From Actinomycetota bacterium (GTDB lineage Bacteria; Actinomycetota; Actinomycetes; S36-B12; UBA10799): a stretch of DNA of 64,000 nt. The notes under the pieces are model-generated. The model saw only the letters and a program-made list of their open reading frames with translations, searched no databases and was not told the DNA's origin. Where the stretch lies: contig JACJWR010000003.1 in the NCBI GenBank assembly GCA_020637055.1, positions 393,550 through 457,549 of the forward strand, given 5' to 3'. Positions 17,242 through 23,766 of the stretch are shown piece by piece (the first letter of the stretch is position 1; each line of letters begins with the position of its first letter). Position numbers and translations under genes: made by a program.

Positions 17242-17646
17242 TCATCGGGCAGGTTCTTTCGCGAGTTCGTCGGCCACCGAGTTGATCTCCTTCGCACGAT
17301 CCGGCGATCCGCCAACGTCGGGATGGAACACGCGCATGAGTGCGGCTCGGAGTTTGGGTCGCAGTTCCGGCGAGCACTCTTGGAACGCCTCGCGTACCCA
17401 CGACGCACTTGAAGTCGTGGGTTTTGCTTTGCTCCCCGTGTCCGGCGTGACGACGGTGATCCCGACCGCGGTGAACGCCGCCTTGAGTGAAGGCCAATGG
17501 CCGGATTCGACGTACCAGCAGCGATCCAACTTGGACCATCGGCGGGCATACGCGGGCACCGTGCCCTTGATGATGTTGCGCGCCTCGTAGGGCGAGCGGA
17601 TCTGCCACTCGTTGCCGAGGGCCATCTTGGTTGCGGTGACGATCAC
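17242..17646 (-). CDS. hypothetical protein; N-terminal DUF5710-like pattern and a C-terminal J-domain-like HPD segment
   Basis: The N-terminal part reads WQIRSPYEARNIIKGTVPAYARRWSKLDRCWYVE, and the C-terminal part reads LMRVFHPDVGGSPDRAKEIN. Both assignments are from memory of the family patterns. Confidence 0.45.
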   Translation of the reverse strand: MIVTATKMALGNEWQIRSPYEARNIIKGTVPAYARRWSKLDRCWYVESGHWPSLKAAFTAVGITVVTPDTGSKAKPTTSSASWVREAFQECSPELRPKLRAALMRVFHPDVGGSPDRAKEINSVADELAKEPAR

Positions 17647-19019
17647 GAGGCACGCTCGCAGCGTTCGCAGCGGTTCCGACCTGGGACTACCAGGAGGATC
17701 GGGTTACCGCAGGTGTCGCACCTCGGCCGGTCGGATGACTCGGGTGTCACGGGTGTCACGGGTGTTTCCGAAGGCGCGGGTGACTCGGGTGTCACGGGTG
17801 TCACGGGTGTTTCCGAAGGCAAGTAGCGGGACCAAGGGTCTTCCAGGTCCGCGCGCCGATAGCCGCGATGCCTATCGGGGCCGTCCCGATCCTGCTTCGG
17901 CTTCACTCCGTACTGGCGAAGGCGACGCGACAGGTCGCGCGCGTCCAAAGCCTTACCCCTCAGGTCAGACCAAGGCTCCTCCTCCATCTCGTGCAGAGCT
18001 TTGATGATGACCTCGGTGGGCAGGTGTGCCGGGTTGCCCTTCGAGTTGAACACTGTCCGAAGCGACCCCAGCAGTCGCACGTTCAAACTGGTGGTGGAGT
18101 TCTCCTCTGCCGCCTTCACCATCGCCACTGCTGCGTCTCGGGCAAGGGTCGGCCACTCACCACCTGCCAGGTCGGCGATGGCGATCAGCGGCTCCCAGCA
18201 GTCCGCGTCCCTGTCTGTGATGACATCGGGCAGGTCGGGCCAGGTGTCGGCCAACGCTGGAAGGTGTGGGTTGAGCCAGTCGGCGAGGTCGTCTCGCAGA
18301 GCGTGACCTTCGGGTTCTTGACGCCGGCGGCGATACGGTTCCACCCGTTCCCCTGGGGCGCGTCTGCGCATCCGGATGACGATCGAGCGGGTCATGATCG
18401 TGTCCGGAAGGTCGTTCAGTCCGGCTAGTGCCACGGGGGCGAAGCAGGGGAAGGTTTCGATGGTGAACGTCTTTCCCGTCATCGCCACCCGCTGCGCGTA
18501 TCCGGAAGACCGGTATCCCGCGTTCACGAACCCGCGCAGGTCTTCGTGATCCTTCGATGCGCGAGGTCCGAACACTGTGTCCGCCTCATCGAGCATGATC
18601 GTTGGCCGGTCTACTACGAATCCGTCTTCGTCTGGGGTCATGGACCTGTAGAGCACTGCCACGGAGACGTTGAAGGTCAGCATCGGGTTGGGTGAAAGCA
18701 ACTCCAAGACTTCGAGGAGTCGAGTCTTTCCCGAACCGGGTTCGGGTGAGAGTGCCGCTAGCCGGGGTGTGGTGTCGAAGGCTTCGACTGCGTGGGCGTG
18801 GGCAACCCACAGGGTCGTTGCGGTGTAGGCGTGTTCGTCGGGTAGGACGGTGAAGCGCCTGATGAATGTCTCCACGTCTCCGAGTAGCCGCGCGCCTTCC
18901 GGGGTATCCGTGACATCCGTGACATCCGAGTCATCCGTGACCCGCGCGCCTTCCGGGGTATCCGTGACATCCGTGACATCCGAGTCATCCGGGTCTTGCG
19001 GTGCGGTGAAGGTCATCAT
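17643..19019 (-). CDS. DUF3631-type P-loop protein with a C-terminal zinc ribbon
   Basis: It has Walker A SPEPGSGKTRLLE, Walker B IMLDEAD and a C-terminal CDTCGNP...RCERCERAS. Repeated peptides sit at both termini. Confidence 0.75.
   Translation of the reverse strand: MMTFTAPQDPDDSDVTDVTDTPEGARVTDDSDVTDVTDTPEGARLLGDVETFIRRFTVLPDEHAYTATTLWVAHAHAVEAFDTTPRLAALSPEPGSGKTRLLEVLELLSPNPMLTFNVSVAVLYRSMTPDEDGFVVDRPTIMLDEADTVFGPRASKDHEDLRGFVNAGYRSSGYAQRVAMTGKTFTIETFPCFAPVALAGLNDLPDTIMTRSIVIRMRRRAPGERVEPYRRRRQEPEGHALRDDLADWLNPHLPALADTWPDLPDVITDRDADCWEPLIAIADLAGGEWPTLARDAAVAMVKAAEENSTTSLNVRLLGSLRTVFNSKGNPAHLPTEVIIKALHEMEEEPWSDLRGKALDARDLSRRLRQYGVKPKQDRDGPDRHRGYRRADLEDPWSRYLPSETPVTPVTPESPAPSETPVTPVTPESSDRPRCDTCGNPILLVVPGRNRCERCERAS
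17737..17820. repeat. tandem 45-nt units (1 full + 39 nt) containing 4 x GTCACGG
   Basis: gactcgggtgtcacgggtgtcacgggtgtttccgaaggcgcgggt is repeated. GTCACGG occurs at 17746, 17755, 17791 and 17800. Confidence 0.85.
18888..18989. repeat. tandem 54-nt units containing 5 x CCGTGAC, an inverted counterpart of 17737-17820
   Basis: ccgcgcgccttccggggtatccgtgacatccgtgacatccgagtcatc occurs twice. CCGTGAC occurs at 18908, 18917, 18935, 18962 and 18971. Confidence 0.85.
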
Positions 19020-19906
19020 GCGGCACCTCCGTTGGTGCCGTGCCGCATCCCAGACTTGATCGTGGCCGTCGCTTCACGCTCGGTGAGGCCCAACCGGACC
19101 GCCGTATCGGTGAGGCTGCGGTGAAGGTCGTCATCGAGCAGTCCGAGGACGGCGGCCCGCTTGGACGCCCAGAACAGTCCCGCGTTCCGGTTGCCCTCGC
19201 CTTGCCGCTCCAGCCACTTCACCAACTGGTCGCCGTCGTTGCCGCGACGGCCCGGCGTCCTCTTCGGCTGCGGGCGTTGCAGTCGCGGGGGGTCTAGCCG
19301 GTTGGAGATCGCCTCCACGTCGAGCGGTTTTGGGTCGCGAACGTGGTCGAAGTTCAACCACTTGTACCGGCCTGGTCCGTCGACGCCTTCATCTGCGGCG
19401 ACAGTGGACGGGGCGAGGAGGACGTATCCGCCTGCGGCCTTGATGTCGATCCGGTGGCGGGGAAATGATCGGCATCCGGAGCCGGACGTGGGGAAGAACA
19501 GGTGCTTGCCACCGTTGCGGGTTTCGGCCTCGGCGAAAGCGCCCGCGAGTAGACCGGCGCGGCCCAGTCGGCGAAGCGCGGCGAACCCGTCTCCGTCGAG
19601 CCGGACGTCCACGTCGAGCACGTCGAAGAAGACCCCGGTGGGTGTTCCGATGTTCGCTTCCGGCTCCGAAGTCCACCACCTTCGGATGGTGGCTACGTCG
19701 GTCGTGGCGTCTTTGAATCCGTGCGGGGCCAACCTTCCGATCGGTGCTTTCCCGCCCGGCTCGCAGGGGAAGACGGGCCATCCGGCTTTGACGTAGACGA
19801 GGGCAGCATCCGCGAGTTGGGGTACCCTTGTCTTGATCTTCTCGTCTTGGAGATCCTCGGCCGCCCGTGCTCCCCGGTGTGGGCGGCCTCTCCCTTCCCG
19901 GCTCAT
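19016..19906 (-). CDS. bifunctional DNA primase/polymerase (Prim-Pol) domain protein
   Basis: YVKAGWPVFPCEPGGKAPIG..HGFKDATTD...IGTPTGVFFDVLDVD...GGKHLFF is the typical Prim-Pol N-terminal domain. Confidence 0.8.
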   Translation of the reverse strand: MSREGRGRPHRGARAAEDLQDEKIKTRVPQLADAALVYVKAGWPVFPCEPGGKAPIGRLAPHGFKDATTDVATIRRWWTSEPEANIGTPTGVFFDVLDVDVRLDGDGFAALRRLGRAGLLAGAFAEAETRNGGKHLFFPTSGSGCRSFPRHRIDIKAAGGYVLLAPSTVAADEGVDGPGRYKWLNFDHVRDPKPLDVEAISNRLDPPRLQRPQPKRTPGRRGNDGDQLVKWLERQGEGNRNAGLFWASKRAAVLGLLDDDLHRSLTDTAVRLGLTEREATATIKSGMRHGTNGGAA

Positions 19907-20085
19907 CGGCAGCCCCCGGCGGAATCGGCGAACAAGGCTTCGATGGAATCGGCGAAGATGATCCGCCGCCGCCCTATCTGGGTGAACTCGATTCGACCCT
20001 CACGCATGAGTCGGTAGAGCGTTGCTCGGGAGAGCGTCGTCTTGCTGACCGCTTCGGTCACGGTGAGCGCTTCGCGCATGGTCAC
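19903..20085 (-). CDS. xis: excisionase / AlpA-like HTH protein
   Basis: 60 aa: LTVTEAVSKTTLSRATLYRLMREGRIEFTQIGRRRIIF. It sits in the usual xis position. Confidence 0.7.
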   Translation of the reverse strand: MTMREALTVTEAVSKTTLSRATLYRLMREGRIEFTQIGRRRIIFADSIEALFADSAGGCR

Positions 20086-20196
20086 TCCTTTCGTTGAGTG
20101 ACTTCACTTTCACTGATGTATGAGTGATCGGCATGTCAGTGATGCCAAATCAGTGAAACTCATGATTCACTCTGGCCCGTAGAGATCCGCAGTGAT
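20083..20196. promoter_or_regulatory. divergent switch region with nine AGTGA/TCACT pentamers
   Basis: This is a locally AT-richer intergenic stretch between xis (-) and 20209 (+). Pentamers occur at 20083, 20098, 20105, 20111, 20124, 20139, 20153, 20168 and 20192. Some are arranged as inverted pairs (agtga-ct-tcact; tcact-8-agtga). Confidence 0.45.
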
Positions 20197-20208
20197 ACAG
20201 TCCCTTTC

Positions 20209-20799
20209 ATGGGCACTGAAAACGGAGCGATTCCGGAAGTTCACTGGTCAATCGGATTCACCGGCAAGATGGCACTGATCCGCCGCAGAATCGGCGAGCA
20301 TGACCGGATCTTCGCGACGATCGCAGACAACGTGACCTTCACGGTCCTGCGGGCGGGCACCCGCATCGCCGAAGGCGCGGTGATTGTGGACGAGGCCGAT
20401 GGGCGGCTGGTCATCAGTGAGTACAGCGTCCGATTCCCCGAATCGAACCCCGACATCCTCTGTGCGGACTTCCTGCGATCCCTCACTGAAGGTGCCGCGC
20501 GGAAGTTGTTGGTGGAGACCCAGATCAACGGGGGCGAGATCAAGATTCCTGAAGGCTTGACCCGCAGCCTCGGGCGTGCAGGACTACCAGCTGCGATCGC
20601 ATCCGGATTCCAACGCAAGGAGCGACCGCGACTCTCGGATGAACTCTTGCGCGAAGTCCACTCGGTCTACGCCAGTGCCGAGGATCGCGCGCGACTGACG
20701 GCCGTCCGTAAGCACTTCGGGATCACCCAGTCGCGGGCGCAGAACTGGGTCGCAGCGTCACGCAAACGCCTGCCCGAACTGTGGGAGGTCTCGCGGTGA
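20209..20799 (+). CDS. hypothetical protein with a C-terminal HTH-like segment, coupled to the integrase
   Basis: A 196-aa ORF with C-terminal RLTAVRKHFGITQSRAQNWVAASRKRL. Its stop overlaps the integrase GTG (GTGA at 20796-20799). Confidence 0.55.
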   Translation: MGTENGAIPEVHWSIGFTGKMALIRRRIGEHDRIFATIADNVTFTVLRAGTRIAEGAVIVDEADGRLVISEYSVRFPESNPDILCADFLRSLTEGAARKLLVETQINGGEIKIPEGLTRSLGRAGLPAAIASGFQRKERPRLSDELLREVHSVYASAEDRARLTAVRKHFGITQSRAQNWVAASRKRLPELWEVSR

Positions 20800-21944
20800 G
20801 CCGTAGCCTGTGGAAGCGCAAGGATGGGCGTTGGGGCGGCGAGGAGCGCGTCCGCGACCCACGCACGGGCGGCATCGTCAAGGTGTCGGCCACGGCCCGC
20901 ACCCGCAAAGAGGTTGTGGCCCGGCTGGAAGGCCGCGCGCAGCGGGTGAAGGACCACAAGGCGCAGCGGGACTCCACCTGCACCTTCGCCGATGCGGCAA
21001 CGTCCTGGGCATCCTCTTTGGCCGACGTCGCCCAGTATTCGGCTACGACCCGCGAGTTGTATTCCGGGGACGTGCGACGCTACCTCGCCGATGGTGGCCT
21101 TGCGATCGGCGAGATCCCGCTGTCGAAGTTGCGCGGTTCCGACTTCGAGGATGCACTGGGAGAGATGAGGTCGCGCGGGTTGTCCGCATCGGTGCGTAGG
21201 CGGTTCCTCACAATCTCCAAGGCCATCATTCGGCGGGAGATGCGCGACGGCCGGCTCGGGTTCGACCCGACGCAGGGGGTGAACCGTCCCAAGTCCGATC
21301 CGATCCAGCCGAAGGCGCACACCGCTGCCGAGGTTCGCGAAATCCTGACCCGCACGTCGGGTACCCGCGTGGGCAACCTGGTGGTGTTCCTCGCCCACAC
21401 GGGCATGCGGGTTGGTGAGGCACTGGCCCTGCAATGGCCGGACGTGGACTTCGACGCTTCCACGGTCCGGATCTCCGGCACGTTGGTGCGGATCACCGGG
21501 GAGGGCGTCTACAAGGCTGCGACGAAGACGAAGGGTTCCAAGAGGACGGTGCCGCTGAACTCGTACGCGGTTGAGGCCTTGCGCCGCCAGGCGCAGATGC
21601 AGACAGCGGACGCCGAACGTGCCCACTCCAAGTACGAGTTCAGCGGGTACATCTTCACCGGCGACTTCGGCAACGTGCTCGACCTTCGCAACGCGTCGCG
21701 CGCCTACAAGGATGCACTCAAGTCCGACAGGGATGGGGAGTCGATCGAATCGTCTTTCCATCGGCTGCGGCATTCGTTCGCGACGTTGCTTGTGGGGACC
21801 GGGGAGTCCGCGAACACGGTCGCGGCGATCCTGGGTCACAACTCCACGAGGGTGACATTGGAGACGTACGCGGCGGCGCTGGACGAGTTCAAGTCGCAGG
21901 CTACGGACCGGCTCGGTTCCCTGTATGAAGCCGATTCCCTGTAA
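20796..21944 (+). CDS. int: tyrosine recombinase / phage-type integrase
   Basis: It has the N-terminal SAM-like region and the C-terminal catalytic pattern ...HTGMRVGEALAL..., HRLRHSFATLLV, LGHNSTRVTLETY. Confidence 0.9.
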   Translation: MSRSLWKRKDGRWGGEERVRDPRTGGIVKVSATARTRKEVVARLEGRAQRVKDHKAQRDSTCTFADAATSWASSLADVAQYSATTRELYSGDVRRYLADGGLAIGEIPLSKLRGSDFEDALGEMRSRGLSASVRRRFLTISKAIIRREMRDGRLGFDPTQGVNRPKSDPIQPKAHTAAEVREILTRTSGTRVGNLVVFLAHTGMRVGEALALQWPDVDFDASTVRISGTLVRITGEGVYKAATKTKGSKRTVPLNSYAVEALRRQAQMQTADAERAHSKYEFSGYIFTGDFGNVLDLRNASRAYKDALKSDRDGESIESSFHRLRHSFATLLVGTGESANTVAAILGHNSTRVTLETYAAALDEFKSQATDRLGSLYEADSL

Positions 21945-21986
21945 CTTCCCCTGTAACGGCCTCGCGGGTGGTTGTCGACCGGTGGT

Positions 21987-22048
21987 GAATCGCCCCCTGA
22001 CCTGCGCTAACAGTAGGGCGGGTGGGACTCGAACCCACGGCCTGCCGG
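21987..22048. repeat. right att-type direct repeat, overlapping the 3' part of the intact tRNA-Met
   Basis: Matches 13313-13374. Confidence 0.8.
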
Positions 22049-22087
22049 ATTATGAGTCCGCCGCTCTAACCAGCTGAGCTACCGCCC
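22013..22087 (-). tRNA. tRNA-Met (anticodon CAT; could alternatively be the lysidine-modified Ile2 type)
   Basis: The minus strand reads ggggcggtagctcagctggttagagcggcggactCATaatccggcaggccgtgggttcgagtcccacccgcccta and folds as a cloverleaf. The acceptor end has G1-U72. No CCA is encoded. Confidence 0.85.
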
Positions 22088-22216
22088 CGTGGATGGCACC
22101 ACCCTACAAGGAGCGATCCTCGTCCGGAGCAGCACTCGAGGCGACGCCACCGGACTCCGTGCGCCGGTAGGCGTGCCGGTTCCAGGCCGGTGGTGCTGCT
22201 ACCCTTGTCCACGCAT

Positions 22217-22291
22217 TCCCGCGTAGCTCAACGGCAGAGCATCCGACTGTTAATCGGACGGTTCCAGGTTCGAATCCCGGCGCGGGAGCCA
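22217..22291 (+). tRNA. tRNA-Asn (anticodon GTT), CCA encoded
   Basis: tcccgcgtagctcaacggcagagcatccgactGTTaatcggacggttccaggttcgaatcccggcgcgggagcca. Confidence 0.9.
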
Positions 22292-22311
22292 CGAAGGGCG
22301 CCACGGGGTGG

Positions 22312-23202
22312 TCAGTACATTCGCGTGGTGACCGTCAGCTCCGTCTGGGTCTCGTCGAGGCTTGCGGTGACGGACACTCGGCCAAGTTGGGAGAGGTGCT
22401 CGACGTGGGTACCCCCACAGGCCACCGTGGCTGATCCGGCGGGCAGGTCGCACACCCACCGCCGCGGGGAAGTCAAACCGGTGTCTTCGGCTTCGATCCG
22501 GACGGCCGCATCGGTGGACAACCAGTCGTTGAGTTGCGTCGAGACGCGAGCGGCGAGGCTCTCGGTGGCCTCGGCGAGGCCTGGCAACTCGGCGCCGGGT
22601 GCAGCGATGAAGCCCTTCTTGCGCAGTGACTTGCCGATGCGGTACGTATCGATGCTCGACTCCGGCGTGATGACAGACGACGTGATGGCGAGCGCGTCGA
22701 AATCGGGGTGGCCCAAGGAGTCGACGGGAACGGGTTTGCGCCAACGCTGCGCCAGTGCGTCGTTGAGCGCGAACGCCATGAGGTGGCAGGCGGTGTGAGC
22801 CGCGCTCAGCCTTGACCTGCGTTCGGCGTCCACCTGGGTTTTGGCCGTTGCCCCCACCCAGGCGACAGCCTCCGGATACGGGACCTCGGCGACATGAACC
22901 ACAAACCAGAGCCACCCCGGATCGCCGCGCCGCACCGGAATGTCGGATCCGATCAGCGTCTCGGCCGTGCCGATTCGTTGGGCGCCGGTGACGCAGTCGA
23001 CCACTGCCAGCACCCGATCCCCGACGGTGAGGGTGCCGGTATCGCCGGGTTGATCGGGCCAGGTGTGGTCCACCGGGTGGAACGGCGACTCTGCGGTGAT
23101 GATGCCGACGCCCGCGGGCAATTCGACGATCCGAGTGATGCGTGAGGTGCCGTGCACCGCTCCGGTCGGAAACGTCACTCGGGTTGATTCGACCGGCTCC
23201 AT
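22312..23202 (-). CDS. AlaX-like alanyl/threonyl-tRNA editing-domain metal hydrolase
   Basis: The HTACH (HxxxH) and CGGTH motifs are characteristic of the tRNA synthetase second additional domain. Confidence 0.7.
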   Translation of the reverse strand: MEPVESTRVTFPTGAVHGTSRITRIVELPAGVGIITAESPFHPVDHTWPDQPGDTGTLTVGDRVLAVVDCVTGAQRIGTAETLIGSDIPVRRGDPGWLWFVVHVAEVPYPEAVAWVGATAKTQVDAERRSRLSAAHTACHLMAFALNDALAQRWRKPVPVDSLGHPDFDALAITSSVITPESSIDTYRIGKSLRKKGFIAAPGAELPGLAEATESLAARVSTQLNDWLSTDAAVRIEAEDTGLTSPRRWVCDLPAGSATVACGGTHVEHLSQLGRVSVTASLDETQTELTVTTRMY

Positions 23203-23277
23203 GTGTGGCCTCTCCAGTAGCGATGGGCTGTGCGACCCATGATGCAGCAGGCGTGCCAGACTCTCGGAGGAGGCGCC

Positions 23278-23757
23278 ATGAGATTTCCGGAGTTCGCCGC
23301 CCGCACGCTGCAGGGCGAGGAGAAGGAGCTACCCGCTGATCTACCGGCGGAGCGGACCCTGGTGCTCCTACCGTTTCGACAGTGGCAGCAGCGCCAGGTG
23401 GATGGATGGATCGCCCGGGCGGAGCAGGCCGGTTGGGTTGCGGATCTGGCTGAGGCCACCAGCGGTGCGGCGCGGCCGTCGCGGGCGACGATCGAGGTGC
23501 CCTGCATCTCGCGTCGTTGGGGGACGGTCCGGAGGTTCATCGACGGCGGCATGGCCGCCAGCATCCGGACACCTTCGATCCTCGGCCGAACGTGGACGGC
23601 CTACACCGATGTAGGTCGGGTGCAGCGGGCACTCGGCCTGTCCGATTCGGATCAGACGTGGGTGGGCGTGGTGCAACCCGATGGTGTCATTCGAGTCAGT
23701 GTCCTGGGTGACGTGACTGACCGGGCATGGGCTGCCGTCGCGACCGAGTTGCACTGA
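23278..23757 (+). CDS. hypothetical protein
   Basis: ATG 23278 is preceded by ggaggagg. I recognised no motif. Confidence 0.5.
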   Translation: MRFPEFAARTLQGEEKELPADLPAERTLVLLPFRQWQQRQVDGWIARAEQAGWVADLAEATSGAARPSRATIEVPCISRRWGTVRRFIDGGMAASIRTPSILGRTWTAYTDVGRVQRALGLSDSDQTWVGVVQPDGVIRVSVLGDVTDRAWAAVATELH

Positions 23758-23766
23758 ACCTCGGAC

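Larger units (their letters stand above)
13313..22048. mobile_element. integrative island (~8.7 kb) in the 3' end of tRNA-Met(CAU)
   Basis: 62-nt imperfect direct repeats at 13313-13374 and 21987-22048 cover the tRNA 3' part plus about 26 nt downstream. A tyrosine integrase lies next to the intact tRNA. It also carries xis-like, Prim-Pol, DUF3631 and WhiB-like genes, and its third-position G+C is lower than in the flanks. Confidence 0.8.

Noticed and set aside
17737-18989. The tandem repeats as a possible CRISPR array or minisatellite
   Set aside because: Each site has only two units, there are no spacers of CRISPR type, both arrays are in frame inside a well-supported P-loop gene, and no cas genes are present.
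13313-22048. Classifying the island as a prophage or as a conjugative AICE
   Set aside because: It is too small, and I recognised no capsid, portal, terminase, tail or lysis genes. I also found no FtsK/TraB-like translocase, relaxase or Nudix/Spd genes. This negative evidence comes from reading translations only and needs profile searches.
22013-22087. The G1-U72 wobble at the top of the tRNA-Met acceptor stem as a sign of a hybrid or damaged tRNA created by integration
   Set aside because: Both the intact copy and the displaced left-end fragment carry the same 3' sequence, so the crossover cannot be shown to have changed position 72. Without the uninterrupted allele this cannot be interpreted.
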